Assembly (NCBI GenBank): GCA_016235225.1
Contig: JACRLS010000128.1
Coordinates: 1 to 28,651 of the forward strand
Origin: Nitrospirota bacterium
Lineage (GTDB): Bacteria; Nitrospirota; Nitrospiria; Nitrospirales; Nitrospiraceae
Length of the DNA stretch: 28,651 nucleotides
Direction: 5' to 3'
Part shown: positions 17,323 through 27,558 of the stretch, piece by piece
Position numbering within the stretch: position 1 is the stretch's first letter
How the letters are laid out: each line of letters opens with the position of its first letter
Position numbers and translations under genes: made by a program
Notes under the pieces: generated by a model
The model's input: only the letters and a program-made list of their open reading frames with translations
Told to the model about the DNA's origin: nothing
Databases searched by the model: none

Positions 17323-17353
17323 GATCCCTGCCCCTTTCCTCCCCTCGCGCCCT

Positions 17354-17899
17354 TTACTTGTAGCGCCGGTCGAATTCTTTGATCACGGAGTCCGTGAGGT
17401 CCATCGCATGGTTGGCATAGATGACCACACGGAGGGTGGCCGCGGAGCCCGTATCAAGTACCGCGGTGTACCCTTCACGGTCGGCTACCGCCGACGTCGC
17501 ATCATCGATCTTCTTCATATACTCCTCGGTCATTTCCTTCTGCTTTGCCTGCACTTCCCGATTGAAGTCCCCTAACCGCTTCTGATAGTTCTCGAACTTG
17601 GTTCTGAACTGTTCGGCCTTTTCCCGCCTCGTGGCCTCAGTCAGCCCCGCCTCCTGCGCTTTCAGGTCCTTCTCAAGATTCTTTATTTCTTCATCATCGG
17701 CCCCGATGATCCGCTGCCGACTCGCCGCGAACTCCTTCATCGTCTCCAATGCGCGCTTCCCCGCCTTCGACTTCTCCATGACTTCCTGCTGACTGATCAC
17801 CCCGACCTTGAGGCGATCGGCGGCAATTCCACCTGCCGCCGCAAAGACGATCAGCCCGCCGACCAGACATGCCACGATGCGCTGAGACCAGCCGTTCAT
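17354..17899 (-). CDS. skp: OmpH/Skp periplasmic chaperone
   Basis: Signal peptide, KVGVI, long charged coiled coil, VIKEFD C-terminus; sits in the bamA-fabZ interval. Confidence 0.85.
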   Translation of the reverse strand: MNGWSQRIVACLVGGLIVFAAAGGIAADRLKVGVISQQEVMEKSKAGKRALETMKEFAASRQRIIGADDEEIKNLEKDLKAQEAGLTEATRREKAEQFRTKFENYQKRLGDFNREVQAKQKEMTEEYMKKIDDATSAVADREGYTAVLDTGSAATLRVVIYANHAMDLTDSVIKEFDRRYK

Positions 17900-17920
17900 A
17901 GGTGCCTCCCCTCTTCGCCG

Positions 17921-18556
17921 TTACTTTTTGGGCGGTGCAACGTCCTGCCCGATTCGATTCATCTCGTCCATGACCCGGGCGGTGATGTCGAGCGCCTGAT
18001 CGTGGTAGACCAGCGCGCCGCCGCGCCCCCGTTCCAGCACGACCTGCAGTCCCGCCTGCTGAGCGACTTTCGATACGACGCGCTCGATCTTGTCTCGGAA
18101 TCCTTCAAAGACTTCCTTCTGCTTCTCCTGGACTTCTCGATTCATGTCGTTGATCTTCTGCTGATACTCCATCATCCGGCGGCGGAATGCTTCCTCGCGC
18201 TCCTTTTTGGCCGCGGCACTGAGGACGCTCCCCTGCTTAATCAGGTCATCCTCCATCCGCTTGAGTTCCTTCTCTTCCAGCTCGACGACGGCCTGACGGT
18301 TTTTCATGAACCCGTTGAGCGACTCCCTGGCTTTCTTTCCGGGCTCCGTGTCGTTCAAAAGCTTTTGGGGATCCACCACGCCGATCTTCCCCCCCCCAGT
18401 CTGTGCGGGCATCGCAGGCGTTTGCGATTGGGCTTGCGGCGCGCCGGCACAGGCGACCAGCAGCAGCGGAAGGACTGTGGCGAGCATGCCGGTCATGCGA
18501 CCCGTCCACCGACTCCGCCGTCCTGTCCATTCGGAGAATTGTGTCTTCACGTTCAC
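17921..18556 (-). CDS. skp: OmpH/Skp paralog with a predicted lipobox
   Basis: KIGVVDPQK, coiled coil, LDIT..V motif; LLLVAC lipobox. Start uncertain (GTG 18556 behind GGAGGA, or ATG 18496). Confidence 0.85.
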   Translation of the reverse strand: MNVKTQFSEWTGRRSRWTGRMTGMLATVLPLLLVACAGAPQAQSQTPAMPAQTGGGKIGVVDPQKLLNDTEPGKKARESLNGFMKNRQAVVELEEKELKRMEDDLIKQGSVLSAAAKKEREEAFRRRMMEYQQKINDMNREVQEKQKEVFEGFRDKIERVVSKVAQQAGLQVVLERGRGGALVYHDQALDITARVMDEMNRIGQDVAPPKK

Positions 18557-18584
18557 GTGCTCCTCCATTCGTGACGGTCCCGCG

Positions 18585-20610
18585 CTAGAACAAGGACCCG
18601 ACTGAGAATTCAAAGACGCCTCTCCGTTCCAAGGGCCGCGGATCGAGATTCAACCCGTAGGCGACCCGGAGCGGGCCGAACGGCGAAATCCAGCGGGCTT
18701 CGATCCCGGCCGCTTTTCGAAGATCACCCACATTGATCCGATTCGCCAGGTTAAAACCCTGCCCATAATCGAAAAAGAGGACCCCGTTCAGCTTGGCTTC
18801 CGCAGAGACGGGAAAGATGAAATCGTTATTGATCACGATCTGCCTGGCCGCACCCAGCAAGGTTCCCTCCGGCGTGACGGGCCCGGCTCGCCCGAACACG
18901 AATCCGCGCATCGTACTGATCCCGCCGACATAGAATTGCTCAGTGAGTGGGACCGGCCGTCCGCCATATCCATCGATCAATCCGAACCGCCCACGGATCA
19001 TGTGTCTCGTATCCCAGAAAAGCGGCGTATACTTGGCGCCATCCAACTGGATCTTGAAAAAGTTGTTGGTCCCGCCCAGTATGCGGGTTCCCAGATCGAA
19101 ATTGACCGCGGTGCGGCTCCCCGTGCGGGGGTCAATATAGTAATCCCGGGTGTCGCGAGTGATCGAGCTCCGGAATCCGGACGTGGACTGCGTGCCCACC
19201 TGCTGCAGGACCAGCGAGTTGGCCCCTTCAATAGGATTGGAGATTTTCAAGTTCTCATAGACGAGACTGACCGCCCCGGATGTAAATTCAGAAAACCACC
19301 GTCCGAAGGTCGCCGTCCCGCCCGATTTGTTTTCCTCGTAGGTCGTATAGTTCGTTTTCGTATTGAACAGGTCAAACTGCAGCGAGGTCAAGGAGTCCTG
19401 AAAGTTCCCCTCCGTGATGTCCGCCACTGCGGTCAACCTGTCCAGCGTGCTGAATCCGCCGCCGATACTGAAGGACCCGGTGGATTTCTCCTTGACCTTC
19501 ACGTCGAGATCGACCTTGTCGGATTCCACCTGTTTGGGCAGGATCTCGACGGTCTCAAAAAAATTCAGGTTCGTCAGCCGCTGGTAGCTGCGCTTCATCG
19601 AGACGGTATCGATGACCTCCTGCTCATTGACACGAAGTTCCCGGCGGACGACGTTGTCGCGGGTCTTGTCGTTCCCGCTGATCCGAATCTCACGAATGCG
19701 GATCAGATCCCCTTCCTTGATATTGAAGAGGATCGCCGCGGTCTTCGTCTGGGCATCCGGCGCCACCGAAGGATTCACATCGGTGAACGCGTACCCCTTC
19801 GCCCCATAAAGCTCGGTCAGGCGGGTGATCTCGTCCCGGATCTTGGCGCGCTGAAAGACCTCGCCGGTCTCGATCTTAGCCCCGGCCCGCAGCTCGGACG
19901 TCGTTCGCCAGCTCTTCCCGCTTGAGCAACCCCGCATCCGTAAACCGCGACACGAGAAGAATCCATTCCCGCGTCGCCATCACTTTCAAGAGTTCCTTCT
20001 TGCTGACGGCGTTGATCCCGTCAAAGATGACCTTTTTCACCCGCGCCCGGTCGCCTTCTTTGATGTAGAACGTCAGCCGCTTCCGCTCTTCATCCAGCGA
20101 CTGCACGATCGGCGTGACTTGCGAATTGTAATAGCCGTCCTCCTGGTAAGCGAGCAGGATCTTCTCCGCGCTCTCCTTGGCCTGCTGCTGATCCAGGAAC
20201 GTCTGACTCCGGATGGTGATCTTTTCCTTCAGCTTGTCGTCGCTCAGGTTTTCATTCCCGTCGAAGACCAGCTCCGTGATGAACGGTTTTTCCCGCACCA
20301 CGAAGATCAACGCGATGCCGCCCGCGACCGGTTCGGTTTCGATTTGGACGTCCTCAAAAAACCCCATCTCGTAGATGATACGCACCTGCGCGCGCACGGA
20401 TTCCGGGACGTAGGGATCGTCGACTTTCAGCGTCAGGCGCCCCCGGATTGCGGTTTCTTCGATCTTCTTGTTCCCGCGGATTTGAAGAGACTTGACCCGC
20501 TGCACGACGTCTTGCGCGTCGGCGAGCGTCGGAAGCAACACGAGGAGCATGGAGGCGAGGAGCACGCAGACGCGCAGCACCGCCCCGGCATACGGGGTCC
20601 GAATCGTCAT
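18585..20610 (-). pseudogene. bamA: Outer membrane protein assembly factor BamA, apparently broken by a frameshifting deletion (~19896) and an in-frame deletion (~19401); possibly an assembly artefact
   Basis: Signal peptide ending ADA|QD; POTRA1-2 intact; POTRA3 cut at ELANDV; resumes in another frame mid-POTRA4; STGSFSIGGG, MRGF and C-terminal FEFSVGSLF present. Confidence 0.85.
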
Positions 20611-20862
20611 GCGGGCGCGCCCTGGAGCCCCGGACGTTTCACGGATGTACCAAAAGGCCATAGCAGGACACAAGGGGGACACGCATGACTACCTGTCCCT
20701 CATGCGCTCGGCACCAACGCGAGACACATTGAGGGTCTCACTGGACGGGATCCACGAATCGACTGACGCGCCGAGGCCTCTCCCACCCGTCCATCGCGCC
20801 GATTTTTCTCCGCGCGGCATGAGACGGGCTGGCCTTGGACAAGACTGCGAAAAAACGGCGAA

Positions 20863-20891
20863 ATTATAGGGGTCCTTCCCCCTAATGTAAA
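20863..20891 (-). promoter_or_regulatory. Sigma70-type promoter for the bamA-lpx run
   Basis: TTTACA-N17-TATAAT on the minus strand (plus strand tgtaaa 20886-20891, attata 20863-20868). Confidence 0.7.
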
Positions 20892-20948
20892 GACAATTTC
20901 TCGCCGCCTTTGCGTGAAAACCATGCATGGAGGAGAACGCGCTTCTCC

Positions 20949-20977
20949 TTGACTTTCCACAGACCCATTACTAGTAT
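20949..20977 (+). promoter_or_regulatory. Sigma70-type promoter for galU
   Basis: TTGACT-N17-TAGTAT, ending 8 nt before the ATG. Confidence 0.7.
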
Positions 20978-20985
20978 CCAGTACG

Positions 20986-21855
20986 ATGTCCTCAGGAAAA
21001 ATTCGCAAGGCGATCATCCCCGCCGCCGGCCTTGGAACGCGCTTCCTGCCCGCCACCAAAGCCTCTCCCAAAGAGATGCTCCCCTTGGTGGACAAACCGT
21101 TGATTCAGTACGCCGTCGAGGAAGCGGTCTCATCCGGCATTGAAGACATCCTGGTGATCACCGGGCGAGGCAAACGGGCGATCGAAGACCACTTCGACCG
21201 GTCCGTGGAACTAGAGGAGAACCTCAAGGAAAACGGCAAGGTGTCGCTCCTCAAGAGCATCCAGCGCATCTCCGAATTGGCGAACTTCTGCTACATCCGA
21301 CAGCCTCATGCCCTTGGGCTCGGACATGCCGTGCTGTGTGCGCAGCACTACATCGGCAACGAGCCGTTTGCGGTCATCCTCAGCGACGAAATCATCGATG
21401 CCCGCATCCCCGCCCTCGCCCAACTGATCGAGCAGTATGAACGGGGGCACGGCGGCGTGCTGGGCGTCCAGGAAGTCCCAAAATCTGAAGTCAAACATTA
21501 CGGCATCATCGATCCGGAACGAGGCGAGAAGGGACTGCATAAGATCCTCGACCTCGTCGAAAAACCGTCGCCGGAAGAAGCCCCATCTCGGTATGCCGCG
21601 ATCGGCCGGTATGTGCTGTCGTCTGAGATCTTCCCGATTCTCCGGCGAACCACTCCCGGAAAAAACGGCGAGATTCAACTGACGGATGCCCTGCGGCAAC
21701 TCGCCAAACGCGCGCCGATGTACGCGCTGGAGATCGACGGCCAACGCTACGACGCGGGTGATAAACTGGGCTTTCTCAAAGCCACCGTTGAGTTCGCCCT
21801 GAAGAATCCGACCCTTGGCGAGGACTTCGCCAAGTATCTCAAAGGCGTGCGCTAG
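20986..21855 (+). CDS. galU: UTP--glucose-1-phosphate uridylyltransferase
   Basis: IIPAAGLGTRFLPATKASPKEMLP, LGLGHAV, VEKP, GEIQLTDA. Confidence 0.97.
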   Translation: MSSGKIRKAIIPAAGLGTRFLPATKASPKEMLPLVDKPLIQYAVEEAVSSGIEDILVITGRGKRAIEDHFDRSVELEENLKENGKVSLLKSIQRISELANFCYIRQPHALGLGHAVLCAQHYIGNEPFAVILSDEIIDARIPALAQLIEQYERGHGGVLGVQEVPKSEVKHYGIIDPERGEKGLHKILDLVEKPSPEEAPSRYAAIGRYVLSSEIFPILRRTTPGKNGEIQLTDALRQLAKRAPMYALEIDGQRYDAGDKLGFLKATVEFALKNPTLGEDFAKYLKGVR

Positions 21856-21891
21856 ACAACCCTCACGGGGCTGCGTGCAGACAGGACTCCC

Positions 21892-24407
21892 ATGAGCTCT
21901 GATCCGACCGAAAAAGACATTCAAAACGCCGAGATTCCAGACCAGTTGCCGCTCTTGCCGGTCAGGGACATCGTCGTGTTCCCCTACATGGTGCTGCCGC
22001 TCTTCGTCGGTCGAGAGATGTCCATCAAGGCGATCGAGGCCGCGCTCGCCGGCAACCGCATGGTCTTTCTGGCGACGCAAAAGGCGCTGGACGTGGAGAA
22101 TCCTTCACCCGACGAGATCCACCCCGTGGGCACCGTCGGCATCATCATGCGGATGCTCAAACTGCCGGACGAGCGCATCAAGATTCTGGTGCACGGACTC
22201 GCCAAGGCCAAGGCGACGGAGTACATCCAGTCGGAGCCTTATTATTCGGTCAAGATTGCGAAGATCGTCGAAGCCAAACCGGCGACCAATCTGGAAGGCG
22301 AAGCCGTCATGCGGACGGTGAAGGAGCAGCTTGAGCGCATCGTCAGTCTGGGCAAAGTGCTCATGCCCGACGTGATGGTGGTCATCGAGAACCTCGAGGA
22401 CCCTGGCCGCCTGGCCGACATGGTGGCGTCCAATCTTGGATTGAAGGTCGAAGTCACTCAGGAGGTGCTCGAGATCGAGGATTCGATCGGCCGCTTCAAA
22501 CGTGTGAGCGAGATTCTCGCCAAAGAAGTCGAAGTCCTCTCCATGCAGCAGAAGATCCAGGCGCAAGCCAAGGGGGAGATGGACAAGACGCAGCGGGAGT
22601 ACTTCCTCCGCGAGCAACTCAAGGCCATCCAGAAGGAATTGGGCGAGCTGGACGAACGGTCGGAAGAGATTGCCGAGTTCCGCAAGCGCCTCAAAGACGC
22701 CAAGATGCCCGAGAAAGTGCTGAAGGAATGCGAGAAGCAGGTCAAGCGGCTCGAGAAGATGCATCCCGACACGGCCGAGTCCGCCACCGTCCGCACGTAT
22801 CTGGAGTGGATGGTCGACCTGCCCTGGAGCAAGAAGTCGAAGGACAACCTCGACATCAAGGCAGCCGCGAAGGTCCTCAATGAGGACCACTTCGATCTGG
22901 AGAAGGTGAAGGAGCGGATTCTGGAATACCTGGCCGTTCGCAAGCTGAAAGACAAGATGAAGGGCCCGATCCTCTGCTTTGCCGGCCCCCCGGGCGTCGG
23001 AAAAACGTCGCTGGGCAAGTCGATTGCGCGCGCCCTGGGCCGGGAGTTCGTCCGCGTGAGCTTAGGCGGTGTTCGAGATGAAGCCGAGATTCGCGGCCAT
23101 CGTCGCACCTACGTCGGCGCCCTCCCTGGACGCATCATCCAAGGCATCAAACAGGCCGGGACCAGCAATCCGGTCTTCATGCTGGATGAGATCGACAAGG
23201 TCGGCGCGGACTTCCGGGGAGACCCCTCGGCGGCCTTGCTGGAAGTGCTGGATCCCGAACAGAACCATGCCTTCAGCGACCACTATCTGGGCGTTCCCCT
23301 TGATCTGTCCGAGGTCATGTTCATTACGACCGCGAATGTGATCGACCCGATCATCTCCGCGCTGCGGGACCGAATGGAGATTATCGAGATTCCAGGGTAC
23401 ACCGAGGAGGAAAAGCTGGGCATCGCCCTCAAGTACTTGATTCCGCGGCAGCTAAAAGAACACGGGATTACCGACGCCCATATCGCGATCACGGAGCCGG
23501 CTCTTCGCCAACTCATTTCGCAATATACGCGGGAAGCGGGCGTTCGCAACCTCGAACGGGAAGTGGCCCGCGTGATGCGGAAAGTCGCCAAGAAGGTCGC
23601 AGAAGGTAAAGTCCGCTGTTACGCCGTCACGCCCACCAACCTCTCCAAGTACCTCGGGGTGCCGAAGTATCTCCCCGACCGAAGTATCTCCCCGACACGG
23701 AGCAGACCAAGGACGAGATCGGCGTGGCCACGGGCCTGGCCTGGACGGAAACGGGCGGCGACGTCCTCTATATCGAAGCGACGGCCATGAAGGGAAAAGG
23801 CGGGCTGACGTTGACCGGACACTTGGGCGACGTCATGAAGGAATCCGCCCATGCCGCACTGAGTTATATCCGCGCGAAACAAAAAACCCTCGGGATCAAA
23901 GAGGATGTCTTTTCCAAGTTCGATCTCCACATCCATGTCCCGGCCGGCGCCATCCCCAAAGACGGGCCGTCCGCCGGCATTACGATGGCCACCGCGTTGA
24001 CCTCGATCCTGACCAACACGCCGGTCCGGCGCAACGTGGCCATGACGGGCGAAGTGACGTTGCGAGGGCGCGTGTTGCCGATCGGAGGCCTCAAAGAAAA
24101 AATCCTGGCCGCCAAGCGCGCCAAGATGACGACGGTCATCCTCCCCAAGCGGAACGAAAAGGATCTCCAGGAAATCCCCAAGCATCTGCAACGGGGCCTG
24201 CGCTTTGCCTTTGCCGACACTATGGACGACGTGCTTCGGGTCGCCCTGGCGCGAACCTCTCCGCCACGGGCCAAGGGTCGGACATCCGGGACAGCCCGCC
24301 GCCAGAAACCGGTCCGCCCCCGACATCCGACGCCCACGCCCCTCGTCCCGCCGAAGGGCACACCAAGGCCAAGACCGATCGCCCCCACCCTGTCGGTCCG
24401 CGCATAG
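21892..24407 (+). pseudogene. lon: ATP-dependent Lon protease, frameshifted by a 17-bp tandem duplication between the AAA+ and protease domains
   Basis: LPLLPVRD N-domain, GPPGVGKTS Walker [22 protein letters not shown] (catalytic Ser), GGLKEK (catalytic Lys). Confidence 0.9.
23662..23695 (+). repeat. Exact 17-bp tandem duplication CCGAAGTATCTCCCCGA
   Basis: Copies at 23662-23678 and 23679-23695; removing one restores [25 protein letters not shown]. Confidence 0.97.
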
Positions 24408-24427
24408 AGGGGCTCGTTCGTGCACGG

Positions 24428-25492
24428 ATGGCTCATCCCTCCTCATCGGTGACCGGGGAATTCCGCCTGATCCGGCAGTTGGCCGAGCGCTTTAGCTGGT
24501 CGCACCCTTCGGTTCTTCGCGGTATCGGCGACGATGCCGCCGTCGTGCGCCTCTCGACCAGGCGACCGCTGCTCCTCACGACCGATCTTCTGGCGGAAGG
24601 CATCCACTTCGATCTCAGGACCGCCGCCTTCGAGGACATCGGCTACAAGGCGGCCGTCGCCAATCTGAGCGACATTGCGGCGATGGGCGGCAGACCGCAC
24701 GCCATGCTGGTGGCGCTCGCGCTCCCGCGCACAGCCACGTCCCGCCAGGTCGAGCGGCTGTACCGGGGCATGATGCGGATCTGCCGGCCGTTCATGGTCG
24801 CGCTCGTCGGCGGGGACACCTCTGCCTCTCGGCATGGATGGTTCATCAGCATGACCATGACCGGGGTCGCCTCCCCGCATCGGATCCTCTATCGGAGCGG
24901 CGCGCGCCCGGGCAATGACCTGTGGGTCTCCGGCACGCTGGGCGACTCAGCAGCGGGTCTTCAACTCCTTGCGGGGCCCACGCCGTCGAGACTCGCCCCA
25001 CATCACGTCCGGACGTTGATCGCCCGACATCACCGACCCACCCCCCGCATCGCCCTGGGACAACTCCTCGCCTCACAGAAACTGGCGACCGCGGCAATTG
25101 ATGTCTCCGACGGTCTCTCGGGAGATTTGGCCCATGTGTGCGAAGAAAGCGGCGTGGGCGTGGAGGTCGTGGCCGCGACCCTCCCGCTCTCTCCGGCCCT
25201 GCGTGCCTATGCCGTGTCCAGGCGGATGGATGCCGCGCGCCTCGCCCTGCAAGGCGGCGAGGACTACGAGATCCTCTTCACTGCGCCGTCCTCTGCCAGG
25301 GGCAGACTGGAGCGCCTGAGCCGACGACAGGACCGTTGCCCGCTCACAAGGATCGGAACGATCAAGCGGAAGCGATTCGGGCTGCGGCTCCGGCAGATGG
25401 ACGGCAAGTTGGTCGCCATCCCGCGCCTGAGTTACGAGCATTTCAGCGAACGGCGCGACACAAACCTCACGAACCGGGACCTCTTCCAATGA
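24428..25492 (+). CDS. thiL: Thiamine-monophosphate kinase
   Basis: GEFRLI, GIGDDAA, NLSDIAAMGG, LVGGDT, DVSDGL, GGEDYE. Confidence 0.95.
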   Translation: MAHPSSSVTGEFRLIRQLAERFSWSHPSVLRGIGDDAAVVRLSTRRPLLLTTDLLAEGIHFDLRTAAFEDIGYKAAVANLSDIAAMGGRPHAMLVALALPRTATSRQVERLYRGMMRICRPFMVALVGGDTSASRHGWFISMTMTGVASPHRILYRSGARPGNDLWVSGTLGDSAAGLQLLAGPTPSRLAPHHVRTLIARHHRPTPRIALGQLLASQKLATAAIDVSDGLSGDLAHVCEESGVGVEVVAATLPLSPALRAYAVSRRMDAARLALQGGEDYEILFTAPSSARGRLERLSRRQDRCPLTRIGTIKRKRFGLRLRQMDGKLVAIPRLSYEHFSERRDTNLTNRDLFQ

Positions 25493-25974
25493 GCCGACTC
25501 CAATCGATGCTGCGGCAACTCCTGCATCTCGACGAGTCCCCCCATCGGACGTCCCTTGCCTTCACCCTCGGCGTCTTTATCACCTTCTCACCCCTCTATG
25601 GGACCCATCTCGCGCTGATTGGCCTCTGTGCCTGGCTGTTTCGGTTGAATGCGGTCGCGATGTTTGCGGGCGCGTTCGTCAACAATCCCTGGACGCTCGT
25701 GCCGACCCTCGGTGGGACCCTGTGGCTCGGCTGTTGGCTCACCGGCGTGTCATCCGCACCCGCGCTGGACTGGCAGGATTTGAGCGTCCGTGCCATCTAC
25801 AACCAGATGATGCCCTATGCGGTCCCGTTCCTGGTCGGAGGTCTGGTAGTGAGCACGGTTGCGGCAGTCGTGAGTTATCCGATTGCCTACTGGCTCATCG
25901 TGCGCTACCGAGCACGCCGCGCGAGTCTCGACAGGCCTCAGGAGCAATTGCCCCCTCCCACCACTGTGCGCTAA
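25489..25974 (+). CDS. DUF2062-family membrane protein
   Basis: MSRLQSMLRQLLHLDESPHRTSLAFTLGVFITFSP...NNPWT; hydrophobic; ATGA overlap with the thiL stop. Confidence 0.75.
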   Translation: MSRLQSMLRQLLHLDESPHRTSLAFTLGVFITFSPLYGTHLALIGLCAWLFRLNAVAMFAGAFVNNPWTLVPTLGGTLWLGCWLTGVSSAPALDWQDLSVRAIYNQMMPYAVPFLVGGLVVSTVAAVVSYPIAYWLIVRYRARRASLDRPQEQLPPPTTVR

Positions 25975-26054
25975 ACTAGCCTTGGATACCGGTCATCACG
26001 CAGCCGATCGATGTCGCCACGCAGAGGCACACAGCCGCAAGGCGAGACTCCCCC

Positions 26055-27479
26055 ATGCGGACCACGCTCCTGACTCCCGATCAACATTATGACGGATCGG
26101 CGCTGATCGCCGACCCCATTCACGAATACATCACCTTCACGGTTCCGTTTACCACTCCGGAGCCGGGGGAGCGGACCGAAAAAGACCTGATCGACTCCCC
26201 GTGGGTTCAACGGCTCCGCTCGATCTATCAATTGCAAAGCGCCCGGTGGGTCTATCCCTCCGCGGAACATAGCCGCTTCCAACATTCCCTGGGTGTCATG
26301 CACGTGGCCGGCCGGTTCGCGCGCCATCTCTATCCCTCGCTGGCTCGGGTGGTGCCGGACCTGCCCTCGCAGAACTATGTCGAAGAGCTGCTCCGCATCA
26401 CCGCCCTGGTTCACGATATCGGACACGGGCCGTTTTGCCACTTCTTCGATGAGAATTTTCTGGAAGACTTCGGCCTCACGCATGAGCGCATCGGCCAGGT
26501 CATTATCCGGGAACATCTCGGCGAGATGATCAAGAAGATTCGCCGCAGTCCCCATGGCCCGTTTCCGCCCGGCGAGCAGTTGGACCCGGATCACATGGCC
26601 TTCTTGATCCTGAAGGATCCGGCCAAAGACAGCGCGCGCTATCCCAAGTGGCTCGCCTTCTTGCAGCCGGTGATCGGCGGCATCTATACGGCGGACAATC
26701 TCGACTACGTGCTGCGCGACTCCTATATGTGCGGCGTCGCGGTCGGGCCTGTCGACCTGTCCCGGTTGATCCACTACACGCTGATCACCCCCAAAGGGCT
26801 CACGATCCACCGGACCGGCCTGCCGGCGCTCCAGATGTTCCTCAATACGCGGCTGTACCTGTACCAGAACGTCTATTATCACCGGACCACGCGCGCCATC
26901 GACATTCACCTGCGGGAAATCTTCCACGACACCATGGCCTTTGTGTTTCCCAAGAATCCGGTGAAGGCGATGGACGCCTACCTCTCGCTGACGGATTGGT
27001 CGTTGATCGAGACGGTGCGCCAGTGGCCGACCTCGCGGAGCCGGAAGAAGCGCGCGCTCGGGATGGAGTGGAAGCACATTCTCGGGCGGGATGTGAAGTG
27101 GAAGATGGCCTACAATGCCATGCTGCCGACGCGAGGGGACGAGCGCGGGCGGGTCTATATGGATCGGGACACGCTGACGGCGCGCATTCGTGCGGAACTC
27201 CCCGCCCATCTGAAGAAGATCGAATTCTGTGTCGATCTCGCCAATCAGGATCCCCGCCCGGTCAACCTCTTGAATATGGGGGAGTTCCAAATCTATGTCT
27301 ACGATCCGGCCACCCAGTCCGTCTCGAAAGAGGCGCTCAAAGAGTTTTTCGATTACCTCCCCGCTCGGATCGTGCAGCTTCGTATCTTCGCCAAAGATCA
27401 CAGCGCCGACGCGGAGTTGGCCAAGGTCACCGAGGGAGTGCTGACCTCCGAAGGCCACAGCGTCAAGACCAACGTCTGA
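26055..27479 (+). CDS. HD-superfamily phosphohydrolase (dNTPase-like)
   Basis: DPIH, QRLRSIYQL, HSRFQHSLG, HDIGHGPFCH, DNLDYVLRD, VYYHRTTR. Confidence 0.88.
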   Translation: MRTTLLTPDQHYDGSALIADPIHEYITFTVPFTTPEPGERTEKDLIDSPWVQRLRSIYQLQSARWVYPSAEHSRFQHSLGVMHVAGRFARHLYPSLARVVPDLPSQNYVEELLRITALVHDIGHGPFCHFFDENFLEDFGLTHERIGQVIIREHLGEMIKKIRRSPHGPFPPGEQLDPDHMAFLILKDPAKDSARYPKWLAFLQPVIGGIYTADNLDYVLRDSYMCGVAVGPVDLSRLIHYTLITPKGLTIHRTGLPALQMFLNTRLYLYQNVYYHRTTRAIDIHLREIFHDTMAFVFPKNPVKAMDAYLSLTDWSLIETVRQWPTSRSRKKRALGMEWKHILGRDVKWKMAYNAMLPTRGDERGRVYMDRDTLTARIRAELPAHLKKIEFCVDLANQDPRPVNLLNMGEFQIYVYDPATQSVSKEALKEFFDYLPARIVQLRIFAKDHSADAELAKVTEGVLTSEGHSVKTNV

Positions 27480-27558
27480 CCCCCCCGCCGTCCCCCACTC
27501 TCAAGACCGGCCCCCAACCGTCCGATGAAGGAGCAGGACCACCCCGGGACCCTCCGTC

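Noticed and set aside
20700-21095. 131-aa minus-strand ORF across the divergent promoters
   Set aside because: Starts antisense within galU and crosses both promoters; no motifs.
24270-24407. Pro/Arg-rich Lon C-terminal tail as a repeat insertion
   Set aside because: No DNA periodicity or palindrome; an ordinary low-complexity tail.
25457-25478. acaaacctc acgaaccgg at the thiL 3' end, resembling nonamer units
   Set aside because: Only two degenerate units and no inverted partner; could be chance.
25971-27458. 495-aa minus-strand ORF
   Set aside because: Exact antisense shadow of the HD protein; no recognisable motifs; expected with high GC3 codon bias.
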